A stretch of DNA of 64,000 nt from Aquiluna sp. (GCA_018402685.1 JAGYIJ010000003.1:49968-113967), one strand, 5' to 3'; numbered from the stretch's first letter, positions 29,870 to 39,607 are shown. Program-made: numbers and translations. Notes: generated from the letters alone by a model not told the origin.

Positions 29870-30549
29870 CTAAGCAATCCCGCACTGTTTGCAAAGTGCA
29901 CGACCTGGGTGCGCTTGGTGCAACCAAGCTTTTTGCAAATGTTGTGAACGTGGAACTTGACCGTTGATTCTGAAATAAACAGCTCCTTGGCAATTTCCTT
30001 GTTGGCCAGACCTCTGGCCAGAAACCTGATCACATCCAGCTCTCTATCGCTGAGCTGCTCCTGGGGAGTTTGACCTAGGGATTTGGCAATCAGCTTTGAG
30101 ACTCCGCTGCCCAAAATGGTCTCGCCCGCCTGCACGCTCTTGACTGCACGCTGGAGTTCATCCGCGGTGATTTGCTCCTTTAGGAAAAAACCGATCGCTC
30201 CTCTTCTGAGGGCATCCACCACTACGAACTCGGAGACTGATCTCACCAAAACCATGATCTTGGTGCCATCGAAGCGGTTGGTGATTTGCTCGCAGAGCTG
30301 AAGGCCCTTAGTGGTGTCATCTCCCAGGTCGAGGTCGATAACCAATACATCGGGGGCGTGCTCCTCGACAGCCAGCAGTGTGGAGTCGTAGCTGGTGGCC
30401 TCGGCAACCACGGCGGTGCCGGTGACGCGTTCCAAAATGGTTCTGATTCCCACTCTCGAGATTGCGGTTTTGTCGGCTATCACAACCCGGGTCTTGGCCA
30501 GCGGTGAACGGCGCCCCAGGGCGACATCAGCACGCGAATCATTGGCCAT
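29866..30549 (-). CDS. Orphan NarL/FixJ (LuxR)-family response regulator with an atypical acidic pocket
   Basis: 227 aa. REC domain (VVIADKT... where DD is usual; VLVIDLDL acceptor Asp; FFLKE) plus a LuxR HTH (LSDRELDVIRFLARGLANKEIAKELFISESTVKFHV). No adjacent kinase. Confidence 0.8.
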   Translation of the reverse strand: MANDSRADVALGRRSPLAKTRVVIADKTAISRVGIRTILERVTGTAVVAEATSYDSTLLAVEEHAPDVLVIDLDLGDDTTKGLQLCEQITNRFDGTKIMVLVRSVSEFVVVDALRRGAIGFFLKEQITADELQRAVKSVQAGETILGSGVSKLIAKSLGQTPQEQLSDRELDVIRFLARGLANKEIAKELFISESTVKFHVHNICKKLGCTKRTQVVHFANSAGLLS

Positions 30550-30723
30550 ACCAAAGATGTTAAGCGCAAAATCGGCACCTGTCCATTAGTACAGGTCTGA
30601 AGCTAACCTTTTGGGGCGGTTTAGATTAGTTGAATACCCAAGTCTGTTTTGCGTTCACCTAAAAGGCGTAACTTCAAAGAACTGATGCAAAGGTGCATCG
30701 GAATCTGGAGAAATGAGTCAAAG

Positions 30724-32247
30724 ATGACTGTTTATGCACAACCCGGTACAGCTGGAGCGGTTGCAGAATTCCGTTCCCGTTACGACCACTGGATCGGCGG
30801 CGAGTACGTCGCTCCAAGTTCGGGAGAATACTTCGAAAACGTCACCCCAGTCACCGGAAAGGTGTTCTGCGAGGTAGCAAGAGGTAATGCTGCCGACATC
30901 GATAAGGCACTAGATGCCGCTCACGGCGCCAAAGAAGCCTGGGGTAAGACCTCGGTTACCGAACGCGCAATCATCCTGAACAAGATTGCCGACATCATGG
31001 AGGCCAATCTCGAGATGATCTCGGTCGCTGAGACCTGGGAGAACGGTAAGCCGGTTCGCGAGACCCTGAACGCCGACATCCCGCTAGCAATCGACCACTT
31101 CCGCTACTTCGCTGGAGTGATTCGTGCTCAAGAGGGCTCGATGGGTGAGCTGGATGACGACACTGTGAGCTACCAGTTCCACGAGCCACTAGGTGTTGTA
31201 GGTCAGATCATTCCTTGGAACTTCCCAATCCTGATGGCCACCTGGAAGCTAGCCCCAGCACTTGCCGCAGGCAACTGCGTGGTGCTAAAGCCAGCTGAGC
31301 AGACCCCGGTCTCGATTCTGTTCCTGATGGAACTAATTGGTGACCTGTTGCCTCCTGGTGTAGTAAACATCGTCAATGGTTTTGGTGTTGAAGCAGGTAA
31401 GCCACTGGCTTCCTCTCGCCGCATTGCAAAGATTGCATTCACCGGTGAGACCACAACGGGACGATTGATCATGCAGTACGCATCGGACAACATCATCCCG
31501 GTCACCCTAGAACTTGGTGGCAAGAGCCCGAACATCTTCTACCGCGACATCGCGGAAGAGAATGACGCTTTCTACGACAAGTGTCTTGAGGGCTTCACGA
31601 TGTTCGCACTAAACCAGGGCGAGGTTTGCACCTGTCCATCACGTGCTCTGATCGATGCACCGATCTACGACAAGTTCCTAGGCGATGCACTCGAGCGGGT
31701 AAAGGCAATCAAGCAGGGCAACCCGCTAGACACCGACACCATGCTTGGCGCTCAGGCCTCTAACGACCAGCTCGAGAAGATCCTTTCCTACATCGACATC
31801 GGCAAGCAGGAGGGCGCGAAGCTACTCATGGGTGGCGAGCGCGTTGACCTAGGTGGTGACCTATCCGATGGTTACTACGTCCAGCCAACCGTGTTCGAGG
31901 GTAAGAACTCGATGCGTCTGTTCCAGGAGGAAATCTTCGGTCCAGTGCTGGCAGTTACCAAGTTCGATGGTCACGACGAGGCAATGCAGATTGCGAACGA
32001 CACCCTCTACGGTCTTGGTGCCGGAGTTTGGACTCGCAAGATGAACACCGCCTACCGTGCCGGTAGAACCATCCAGGCCGGTCGCGTTTGGACCAACTGC
32101 TACCACGCCTACCCAGCACACGCAGCCTTCGGTGGCTACAAGTCCTCGGGTATTGGACGCGAGAACCACCTAATGATGCTCAAGCACTACCAGCAGACCA
32201 AGAACCTGCTTGTTAGCTACTCAGAGAACAAGTTGGGCTTCTTCTAA
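30724..32247 (+). CDS. NAD-dependent aldehyde dehydrogenase
   Basis: Start trimmed to MTVYAQPGT. Motifs [10 protein letters not shown] and EVCTCPSR (catalytic Cys), and EEIFGPV. Confidence 0.9.
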   Translation: MTVYAQPGTAGAVAEFRSRYDHWIGGEYVAPSSGEYFENVTPVTGKVFCEVARGNAADIDKALDAAHGAKEAWGKTSVTERAIILNKIADIMEANLEMISVAETWENGKPVRETLNADIPLAIDHFRYFAGVIRAQEGSMGELDDDTVSYQFHEPLGVVGQIIPWNFPILMATWKLAPALAAGNCVVLKPAEQTPVSILFLMELIGDLLPPGVVNIVNGFGVEAGKPLASSRRIAKIAFTGETTTGRLIMQYASDNIIPVTLELGGKSPNIFYRDIAEENDAFYDKCLEGFTMFALNQGEVCTCPSRALIDAPIYDKFLGDALERVKAIKQGNPLDTDTMLGAQASNDQLEKILSYIDIGKQEGAKLLMGGERVDLGGDLSDGYYVQPTVFEGKNSMRLFQEEIFGPVLAVTKFDGHDEAMQIANDTLYGLGAGVWTRKMNTAYRAGRTIQAGRVWTNCYHAYPAHAAFGGYKSSGIGRENHLMMLKHYQQTKNLLVSYSENKLGFF

Positions 32248-32261
32248 ACCACCACGAATAT

Positions 32262-32283
32262 CCCCGGGCCCTAGGGCCCGGGG
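32262..32283 (+). terminator. GC-rich palindrome CCCCGGGCCC-TA-GGGCCCGGGG followed by a T-rich tract
   Basis: Read directly. It begins 15 nt after the ALDH stop, and TTATTCTGGTTTTT follows it. Confidence 0.6.
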
Positions 32284-32314
32284 TTATTCTGGTTTTTGAT
32301 CAAGGGAGATTGAA

Positions 32315-32728
32315 ATGGCCACACCAACCAGAGTTGATTTCACACCAGAGACTGAAGAGCTACTGCGCACGCTCTATAAGCGCAACGGCCCCTTGATGTT
32401 CCACCAATCCGGTGGCTGCTGCGATGGCTCCTCGCCGATGTGCTACCCGGCAGGAGAGTTCCGCACCGGAGGTGCGGATGTCATGCTGCAGGAGATCCAG
32501 GTTGATGGCATCGCGGAGCCGATTCGGTTCTGGATGTCTGTAGAGCAGTTTGAATATTGGAAACACACCCACCTCACAATCGATGTTGTCCCGGGACGAG
32601 GTGGTGGCTTCTCCTTGGAGAGCACCGAGAACAAGAGGTTTCTAACTCGTTCCAGGATGTATTCAGATGACGAGTGGGCGCAACTCAAGGATGCGCCAGT
32701 CCCAACCGGACTCGAGGTCAACGCCTAG
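32315..32728 (+). CDS. DUF779 protein (the usual partner of actinobacterial aldehyde dehydrogenases), copy 1
   Basis: 137 aa. HQSGGCCDGSSPMCYP motif. Immediately downstream of the ALDH. Confidence 0.8.
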   Translation: MATPTRVDFTPETEELLRTLYKRNGPLMFHQSGGCCDGSSPMCYPAGEFRTGGADVMLQEIQVDGIAEPIRFWMSVEQFEYWKHTHLTIDVVPGRGGGFSLESTENKRFLTRSRMYSDDEWAQLKDAPVPTGLEVNA

Positions 32729-32735
32729 TTTTGTA

Positions 32736-32918
32736 CAAAAACACGGCAAACCGATCGCGGTTATCCTCGACGCCGAGAAGTACGAGCAATTTCTTGATTA
32801 CGTAGAGGATCTTGAAGACAATCTCACCGTCCTCGAGCACGAGTTGAACCCAAGTGATCCAAGTACCTACACGCCTCTTGAAGAAGTAGAGCGTGAGCTC
32901 GGCCTCAAACCCCTCTAG
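32736..32918 (+). pseudogene. 5'-truncated Phd/YefM-type antitoxin remnant
   Basis: Reads QKHGKPIAVILDAEKYEQFLDYVEDLEDNLTVLEHEL..., homologous to residues about 27 onward of the intact antitoxin at 33420-33701. It has no start codon and no N-terminal region, and is fused directly to the TTTTGTACAAAA palindrome. Confidence 0.7.
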
Positions 32919-32965
32919 CTTGAATCAGAGCTGAAAATCTCTATCGGTTATCAAGGGAGATTGAA

Positions 32966-33397
32966 ATGGCCACACCAACCAGAGTTGATTTCACACCAGA
33001 GACTGAAGAGCTACTGCGCACGCTCTATAAGCGCAACGGCCCCTTGATGTTCCACCAATCCGGTGGCTGCTGCGATGGCTCCTCGCCGATGTGTTACCCG
33101 GCAGGAGAGTTCCGCACCGGAGGTGCGGATGTCATGCTGCAGGAGATCCAAGTTGATGGCATCGCGGAGCCGATTCGGTTCTGGATGTCTGTAGAGCAGT
33201 TTGAATATTGGAAACACACCCACCTCACAATCGATGTGGTCCCGGGACGAGGTGGTGGCTTCTCCTTGGAGAGCACCGAGAACAAGAGGTTTCTAACTCG
33301 TTCCAGGATGTATTCAGATGACGAGTGGGCGCAACTCAAAGATGCGCCAGTTCCCAACCGGACTCGAGGTCAACGCCTAGTTTTGTACAAAACTTGA
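32966..33397 (+). CDS. DUF779 protein, copy 2 (C-terminus altered by a 1-nt insertion)
   Basis: Identical protein to copy 1 until ...KDAPVP. The extra T at 33351/33352 then changes TGLEVNA* to NRTRGQRLVLYKT*. Confidence 0.75.
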   Translation: MATPTRVDFTPETEELLRTLYKRNGPLMFHQSGGCCDGSSPMCYPAGEFRTGGADVMLQEIQVDGIAEPIRFWMSVEQFEYWKHTHLTIDVVPGRGGGFSLESTENKRFLTRSRMYSDDEWAQLKDAPVPNRTRGQRLVLYKT

Positions 33398-33413
33398 CAC
33401 ACTTTTGTACAAT
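33381..33413 (+). promoter_or_regulatory. Two TTTTGTACAA(AA) palindromic boxes plus a TACAAT -10 hexamer; candidate autoregulated, leaderless antitoxin promoter
   Basis: TTTTGTACAAAA at 33381-33392 and TTTTGTACAA at 33403-33412. TACAAT at 33408-33413 ends 6 nt before the ATG at 33420. Confidence 0.45.
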
Positions 33414-33419
33414 AGCCCC

Positions 33420-33701
33420 ATGGCCAAATATTCAGCTTCGGAGGCAAGAGCGAACTTCAATGAGGTTCTGAAACTTGCCCAAACCGAGGCTGTGGAAATC
33501 CAAAAACACGGCAAACCCATCGCAGTTATCCTCGACGCCATGAAATACGAGAAATTACTTGATTACATCGAGGACCTAGAGGACAAACTGGCCGTTCTTG
33601 AGCATCAACTGAACCAAGTGACCCTGAAGCTCTTGGAAATCGCTGACGATCTCGCTAGGAAGACGAGCATGAGCGATGAACACAGACCTCAAGCCGCTTA
33701 G
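33420..33701 (+). CDS. Phd/YefM-family antitoxin
   Basis: Start trimmed to MAKYSASEARANFNEVLKLAQTEAVEIQKHGKPIAVILDAMKYEKL. Confidence 0.8.
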   Translation: MAKYSASEARANFNEVLKLAQTEAVEIQKHGKPIAVILDAMKYEKLLDYIEDLEDKLAVLEHQLNQVTLKLLEIADDLARKTSMSDEHRPQAA

Positions 33702-33962
33702 GTCAAATTGAGCTTCGACCGCGAAGTAGCTGAGGAAGATCTGAGCCCGGACTCGAGGGTCAGGTGCAAGTCTGCACTTTCAAGCTTGGCGTTCAAGGTA
33801 CCCAGTCGCAACTCCGGCGCTCAAGTCCGCTAGCTCAAGGGGAATCGTCGTTACCGAATCCGAGTTGGCGACTATCGAATCATCTATGAAATTTTCAAGG
33901 ACAGGGTGATTATTTTGGTGACTCGCATTGGTCACCGCCGCGAGGTCTACAGAGATTCCTGA
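33702..33962 (+). pseudogene. RelE/ParE-family toxin, disrupted by an in-frame TAG at 33831-33833
   Basis: The frame reads VKLSFDREVAEEDL...[44 protein letters not shown]. The C-terminal half is a textbook RelE/ParE core. There is no clean start codon (only a TTG at 33708). Confidence 0.7.
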
Positions 33963-34334
33963 CTACCAAGCACTCGCGCCAACAACCAAACCCAGAACCA
34001 GATCCAGGTTGATGCGGCTATCGGTGTAGTCCTCGGTGAGTGCGAAAGACTCTCCGTCCTCAGAGGCAATTCGCCAACTCCGACCCTCGGCCTCAATAAA
34101 ACTCACTGCCGCATCTTTGGTCATGCCCATCACCTGACAGGCAATCACCTTGCTCTGAACGTGCTGCTCGGTGAACTGATCAGGGTTTGGGTCTTCGAAG
34201 CAGTAGGGAGCGGGGGTGTCACGAATCAAAGGAACTTGGGCGTTTGAAGAGCCAACGATGATGCCCAAGATGAATGCAACGCTGATACCAAATAAGCCAG
34301 CTAGTCCGACCAGGACAACAGCCTTAGAGCGCAT
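33963..34334 (-). CDS. Membrane-anchored protein with an I78-family peptidase-inhibitor-like domain
   Basis: 123 aa. N-terminal TM, and a C-terminal ...CQVMGMTKDAAVSFIEAEGRSWRIASEDGESFALTEDYTDSRINLDL resembling the I78 pattern (C..l.G.....R.i.....t.Dy...Rlnl). Family assigned from memory. Confidence 0.45.
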   Translation of the reverse strand: MRSKAVVLVGLAGLFGISVAFILGIIVGSSNAQVPLIRDTPAPYCFEDPNPDQFTEQHVQSKVIACQVMGMTKDAAVSFIEAEGRSWRIASEDGESFALTEDYTDSRINLDLVLGLVVGASAW

Positions 34335-35432
34335 AGTTCGAAACCAGTCTTACCGCTCCGCCTCTAACACCCTTGGCCTCGGTCACATAACCCGGCAGCT
34401 CTGAATCACACGGGGTTGATTCAATAACCCCAAGCTGCCAGCTTGGAACTCCCGATTCAGTCAAAAAGTCCATCAACTCAGTCGCAATCGACGGCCTCAC
34501 AACCGCGGCAAACCCAAGACCTAGGTTCCAGGTGCTTTCAAGATCGGTGAGCGAATAGCCCGCCCAATCGGCAAGCACTCTGAAGACGGGGTTTGGTGTC
34601 CAGGTCGAACGATCAACATCTAGACCCACGCGATCGGGCAAAATCCGAGAGAGGTTTGCCGCAATGCCACCACCTGTGATGTGGCTGAGGGACGAGATTT
34701 GGCCATCGAATCTAGGGTCCTCAAAAACCCTGTTCAGAACCCCGGTATACAAACGAGTTGGCTCCAAGAGTTCCTCGCCGAGTGATCTAGAGAACTCTGG
34801 AACCGAGTCGGTGTATTTCAACTTCTGATCGGCCACGATTTGCCGCACCAGTGAGTAGCCGTTGGAGTGCAGGCCCGAGGCCTGCATGCCAATGACAATG
34901 TCACCGACCTGGACTTTGTCGGGGGTGATTAGCTTTGATTTTTCAACGACCCCAACCGCAGCACCCGCGACGTCGTATTCGTGCTCTCCCAAAGACCAGG
35001 GTGCTCGGCGGTTTCACCGCCGACCAGAGCAACATCGACTGCCTTGCAGGCATCTGCGATGCCGCGAACGATATCTGCGATTCTCGTTGGTTCGAGCTTT
35101 CCGGTTGCGATGTAGTCGGTCATAAACAGACTGCGAGCGCCGACCACGACGATGTCGTCAACGACCATGCCAACTAGATCTTGGCCGATGGTGTCGTGCT
35201 TATCGATTGCCTGAGCGATTGCAACCTTGGTTCCGACACCGTCGGTTGAGGTTGCCAGGATTGGGTGGTCAAAGTCCTTTAAGAACTTGGCATCGATCAT
35301 CCCGGCGAAACCACCAAAGCCTCCGAGCACCATGTCACCGTGAGTTGCGGAGACCGAGGCCTTCATCAACTCGACGGCTTTGTCGCCGGCTTCGGTGTCA
35401 ACTCCGGATTTGGCGTAGGGGTTATTGGTCAT
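34324..35432 (-). CDS. purM: Phosphoribosylformylglycinamidine cyclo-ligase (AIR synthetase), broken by a 1-nt frameshift
   Basis: ORFs 34929-35432 (N-part, ...GGETAEHPGL) and 34324-34992 (C-part, GEHEYDVAGAAVG...). Adding one T to the coding-strand T3 run (plus-strand A3 at 34991-34993) restores HPGLLGEHEYD. Confidence 0.9.
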
Positions 35433-36925
35433 TTCGGGTGAACGTGGCCTTCTTCTCTAATGGTTGCAACGCCACGCTCCAAAAGGTTGTTGCCCAACCG
35501 CTCTGCTGCTGGAATCTCCATCGGGTAATTACCGGTGAAGCAAGCGGTGCAGAGCGAACTCTCGGGCTGGTTGGTTGCGGCAATCATGCCCTCCTTGGAG
35601 AGGTAACCAAGCGAATCCGCACCAATTGATTGGCGAACATTCTCAACACCTAGGCCCGATGCAATTAGCTCCGCCCTGGATGCAAAGTCGATGCCGTAGA
35701 AGCAGGGCCAGGCGATTGGCGGGCTTGAGATTCGAACATGGACCTCTGCCGCTCCAGCCTCCTTCAGCATCTTCACCAGAGCTCGCTGGGTGTTGCCTCG
35801 CACGATTGAGTCATCAACCACGACCAATCGCTTGCCGGCAATCACCTCGCGTAGCGGGTTGAGCTTGAGTCTGATGCCGAGCTGCCTGATGGTTTGTGAG
35901 GGCTGAATGAAGGTTCTACCGACGTAAGCATTCTTAACGAGCCCGTGCCCAAATGGAATCCCCGAGGCTTCGCTGTAGCCGATGGCTGCCGGGGTTCCGC
36001 TCTCCGGGGTGGGCATTACCAAATCAGCCTCGACCGGATACTCCTTGGCCAGGGTCCGACCCATCTCCACTCGAGATTCGTAAACCACTCGGCCAGAGAT
36101 TGAGGTGTCGGGCCTTGCAAGATAGACATATTCAAATACGCAACCAGAGCGCTTCTCCTGAGCAAATCTCGAGGATCGCAAACCGTTTTGATCAATCGCG
36201 ATCAGTTCCCCGGGATCCACCTCGCGAACATAAGAAGCACCAACGATATCTAGCGCGGCAGATTCCGATGCGACCACCCAGCCTCTCTCGAGCCGACCCA
36301 GAACCAGTGGTCTGACGCCCTGGGGGTCTCTGGCTGCGTAGAGGGTGCCCTCATCCATAAACACCAGGCAGTAGGCACCCTTGACCTTGGGCAAAAGCTC
36401 CCTTGCGGTTTCCTCTAAAGAGGAATCTGGGTTGCCGGTCAGTAGCGCCGTGAGGACGGCGGTGTCGGTGGTATTGCCGCCTCGCAGCTCACTCTCCTGA
36501 TTGGGATAGCGCTGTTCTAATAGTTCGAGTAGCTCTGCGGTGTTGGTTAGGTTGCCGTTGTGACCCAGGGCGATCGTGCCATACGCGGTTCTGCCGAGAG
36601 TGGGCTGAGCGTTTCGCCAGTGCGATGCCCCGGTGGTTGAGTAGCGAGTGTGGCCAACGGCGATGTGGCCCTGGAGCGACTCCAGCGCTGCCTCATTGAA
36701 GACCTGGGAGACAAGACCCATGTCTTTGTAGACGACAATCTTTTCGCCGGTGGAGGTGGCGATACCAGCGGATTCTTGCCCGCGATGCTGGAGGGCGTAG
36801 AGACCAAAGTAGGTGAGCTTGGCGACCTCTTCACCTGGAGCCCAAACTCCGAAGACTCCGCACTGGTCTTGTGGGCCTTTTTCACCGGGCATTATGTCGT
36901 GGTTTAGAAGACCATCACCACGCAT
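35429..36925 (-). CDS. purF: Amidophosphoribosyltransferase
   Basis: 498 aa. N-terminal CGVFGVW (Ntn Cys), PRPP motif VVVDDSIVRGNT, and C-terminal Fe-S cysteines. Confidence 0.95.
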   Translation of the reverse strand: MRGDGLLNHDIMPGEKGPQDQCGVFGVWAPGEEVAKLTYFGLYALQHRGQESAGIATSTGEKIVVYKDMGLVSQVFNEAALESLQGHIAVGHTRYSTTGASHWRNAQPTLGRTAYGTIALGHNGNLTNTAELLELLEQRYPNQESELRGGNTTDTAVLTALLTGNPDSSLEETARELLPKVKGAYCLVFMDEGTLYAARDPQGVRPLVLGRLERGWVVASESAALDIVGASYVREVDPGELIAIDQNGLRSSRFAQEKRSGCVFEYVYLARPDTSISGRVVYESRVEMGRTLAKEYPVEADLVMPTPESGTPAAIGYSEASGIPFGHGLVKNAYVGRTFIQPSQTIRQLGIRLKLNPLREVIAGKRLVVVDDSIVRGNTQRALVKMLKEAGAAEVHVRISSPPIAWPCFYGIDFASRAELIASGLGVENVRQSIGADSLGYLSKEGMIAATNQPESSLCTACFTGNYPMEIPAAERLGNNLLERGVATIREEGHVHPK

Positions 36926-36968
36926 TTGTATCCCCTAGCGAGCTCGATTTTGGCCTTAGTTTACAGCT

Positions 36969-37244
36969 CTACTCAGCTTCGCGTTCAGCCCTCACCGCAC
37001 TGGCTCGCTTTGCTTTTGAAGAGGTGAACAAATCAACAGCAATCGCGAATGCGACCCCGGCACCTAGGCCCAAAGACCCCAGTGACACTAAGAGCAGTCC
37101 GAGCATGTTCTCATCTGATCGTTCGCTCTCAGGAACAATCAGATAGAGCACAAACGCTGCAATCATTCCAAAAGCTGCACCGGTCAGGGCCCAGGGCAAA
37201 ACCTTGGGTGCTCTTCTGATCTCGACTTCTTCTGGGTTTTCCAT
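36969..37244 (-). CDS. Hypothetical small two-TM membrane protein
   Basis: 91 aa. Confidence 0.45.
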   Translation of the reverse strand: MENPEEVEIRRAPKVLPWALTGAAFGMIAAFVLYLIVPESERSDENMLGLLLVSLGSLGLGAGVAFAIAVDLFTSSKAKRASAVRAEREAE

Positions 37245-37248
37245 GTCA

Positions 37249-37596
37249 CTATCTAACCCCAGGAATCGGAAATAGATTTCTCAGATCTGAGGCCCTGACT
37301 CCAGAGGCCAGTAGTTTGCCAGAATCAAAAAGCTGCTCCCAACTTGTGGAGCCAAGCGCGAGCGAGAGAAATTCACCTGGGCCAACCTCAACGACATTTG
37401 GCGGAGTTCCCCTGCGATGATTCAGCCCGCCCACCAGCTGCACTGCTCCATGCGGTGGGACTCGAAGCTCAATGGTTCCACCGGGGTGGTTTGTTTCAAG
37501 TAGTTGCAGCAAATACCTAACGGCCATCGGCTCTTGGTTTTCTATGTCAGAAAGCGCCGCCAAACCAAGATCATCGGGGATGCGCTTTTTTGCCAT
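37249..37596 (-). CDS. Sterol-carrier (SCP2-like) family protein, conserved next to purF in actinobacteria
   Basis: Start set at the ATG (MAKKRIPDD...). The track ORF starts at a TTG at 37647. Confidence 0.55.
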   Translation of the reverse strand: MAKKRIPDDLGLAALSDIENQEPMAVRYLLQLLETNHPGGTIELRVPPHGAVQLVGGLNHRRGTPPNVVEVGPGEFLSLALGSTSWEQLFDSGKLLASGVRASDLRNLFPIPGVR

Positions 37597-37603
37597 GGCC
37601 CAA

Positions 37604-37642
37604 TTATCCACAACCCCGCTCACCTTGGGGTTATCCAGAGAT
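37604..37642 (+). promoter_or_regulatory. Perfect DnaA box TTATCCACA (37604-37612) plus a 12/14 copy of the TA-associated 14-mer (GGTTATCCAGAGAT, 37629-37642)
   Basis: Both read on the plus strand, the same orientation as the plus-strand TA operon starting at 37751 (108 nt downstream of the 14-mer copy). Confidence 0.4.
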
Positions 37643-37705
37643 TCCAAATACCCAAGGCCAGGACTGCATCTGAATGCGAGAAGGTGTTGCTAAGTGCCTT
37701 CTATC

Positions 37706-37735
37706 TAACTAGTTTTATAGTCATGAAACTAGTTA
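37706..37735. promoter_or_regulatory. Inverted repeat TAACTAGTTT-N10-AAACTAGTTA enclosing a TATAGT -10 hexamer; candidate operator/promoter
   Basis: Perfect 10-bp arms. TATAGT at 37716-37721. An AAGGAGG RBS follows before the ATG at 37751. Confidence 0.5.
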
Positions 37736-37750
37736 GAAAGGAGGTGAAAC

Positions 37751-38089
37751 ATGGATAGAAAGATGTTGGAAAATTTCGTGTCAATTACAGAGTTATCTGC
37801 AAAGGCCTCGGCAGTTGTCTCAAAAGCCGAGGCTGGTGATATTCAATACGTTCTCAAACGAAACAAACCGGTCGCGGCAATCCTGAGCATCGAGCTACTG
37901 AAAGCCATACACGAGCTGTCTGCCGTATGGCACAAGGACCTTGATGACGGTGAATGGGAGTCGATCATTGATTACGCAGCAACTGTTGTGCAAGTCAGGG
38001 CAGCGATGGCGGAACCTGGCGAACCCTTGGACCTCGACAAACTCTACGAGGAGGCTGGCGTGACTCGGGAGCAGCTCGATGAAGATTGA
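37751..38089 (+). CDS. Phd/YefM-like type II antitoxin
   Basis: 112 aa. ...SITELSAKASAVVSKAEAGDIQYVLKRNKPVAAILSIE. Overlaps the downstream toxin by 11 nt. Confidence 0.7.
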   Translation: MDRKMLENFVSITELSAKASAVVSKAEAGDIQYVLKRNKPVAAILSIELLKAIHELSAVWHKDLDDGEWESIIDYAATVVQVRAAMAEPGEPLDLDKLYEEAGVTREQLDED

Positions 38090-38372
38090 ACCTACTGAAT
38101 TCTTCATCGAGGCTGTCCAAAAACTCGACTCTTCCGAGCGGAGGGTTGTACTGAAAAGCGTGCGCAAGCTGGAGCTATCTATCGACTGGCTTGGGAAGCG
38201 ATTGCATGGCGCGCTTCACCACCTAAGGTCACTTCGAACCGGTCACAATAATCGACTCCGCATTGTCTACGTTGAGAATGAAGGCACGGGCATCTTGCTA
38301 ATCGTGGGAGAACGCAAGGACCTGAGGGTCTACTCAAGGGCAGCCGACATCCTAAGAGAACTTGGATTGTAA
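38079..38372 (+). CDS. RelE/ParE-family type II toxin
   Basis: 97 aa. ...LRSLRTGHNNRLRIVYVENEGTGILLIVGERKDLRVY core. Confidence 0.7.
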   Translation: MKIEPTEFFIEAVQKLDSSERRVVLKSVRKLELSIDWLGKRLHGALHHLRSLRTGHNNRLRIVYVENEGTGILLIVGERKDLRVYSRAADILRELGL

Positions 38373-38382
38373 ACTCCACAGC

Positions 38383-39607
38383 ATGAGAATCCTCGTGGTT
38401 GGCTCTGGAGCAAGAGAGCACGCAATTATCAAGGCACTGATCCGGACCGGAACCCCGCGAGCGACATCGTTTGTGCGCCGGGAAACCCCGGTATTGCCCA
38501 AGAGGTTGAGATCCGAGGTGGCGTTGATGCCACCGACCGCCTCGAGGTTGTCAAAGCCGCCCTTGAAGAGCGCATCGAACTTGCAATCATTGGCCCAGAA
38601 GCCCCTTTGGTTGCCGGAGTTGCAGATGCCCTGCGCGAGCAGGGCATTGCCGTTTTTGGTCCCAGCAAAGAAGCGGCCCAGCTTGAGGGCAGCAAGCAAT
38701 TTGCCAAGGAGGTCATGGCCTCAGCTGACATCCCAACCGGGATGTCTCGGCTTTGCGACACCTTGAAAGATGTCGAAGAGGCAATGGATTTGATGGGTGC
38801 ACCATATGTGATCAAGGCCGATGGCCTTGCAGCTGGCAAGGGCGTGCTGGTCACCAGTGACCGCCTCGAGGCCCTCGAGCATGCCGAGAAATATGTTCTC
38901 GATGGCGTATTGGTCGAAGAGTTCTTGGCAGGGCAAGAGGTCAGCCTGTTCTTCTTGGCAGACGGAAAAACGGTGATGCCACTAAGCCCGGCCCAAGATT
39001 ACAAAAGAGCATTCGACAATGATGAGGGCCCCAACACCGGTGGCATGGGCGCCTACTCACCTGTTCCCTGGATTGAAGCGGGATTCATCGATGAGGTCAG
39101 CGGGAAAATTGCCCAGCCGACCGTGGATGAGATGCGAAGGCGAGGAACCGAATTTGTTGGGCTGCTCTACTGCGGTCTGATTCTCACCGACCGCGGCATC
39201 AGAGTCATCGAGTTCAATGCCCGATTTGGAGATCCTGAAACCCAAGTTGTGTTGCGCAGGTTGAATTCAAACCTGTTCTGACCTGCTTGCTTCGTGCAGC
39301 AACCGGAAAACTGGATGATGGCCCTTCAGCTGAGTTCGCAAGCGACAAGGCGGTCACGGTGGTGTTGGCATCGGAGGGCTATCCAACAAGACCAGCGCCT
39401 GTCAGAGAGCTGGGCGGGGTTGGCTCTGCCGAATCAATTGAAGGCGTCGAGGTTTGCTTCGGCGGCACCACCGGGCGAGTGGCATCGGTGGTTGGCATTG
39501 GCGAGAGCTTCCAAGCGGCAAGAACTCTGGCCTATGAGGGAATCTCAAGACTCGAGCTCGAGGGCTCTCACCACCGCAGCGACATCGCCCTGAGGGTCAT
39601 CGAATAG
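38383..39607 (+). CDS. purD: Phosphoribosylamine--glycine ligase, broken by two 1-nt frameshifts
   Basis: Three frames: MRILVVGSGAREHAIIKAL (from 38383); ...SDIVCAPGNPGIAQEV...FGDPETQVVLRRL (to 39281); ...LLRAATGKLDD...HRSDIALRV (to 39607). The first shift is at the C4 run 38453-38456, the second within about 39262-39281. Confidence 0.9.

Larger units (their letters stand above)
32299..33392 (+). repeat. Tandem direct duplication, about 442 bp each (copy 1 at 32299-32740, copy 2 at 32950-33392), period 651 bp
   Basis: By-eye alignment: RBS plus the whole DUF779 gene plus the TTTTGTACAAAA palindrome. I found 4 substitutions (all synonymous) and one extra T at 33351/33352 in copy 2. Confidence 0.9.
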
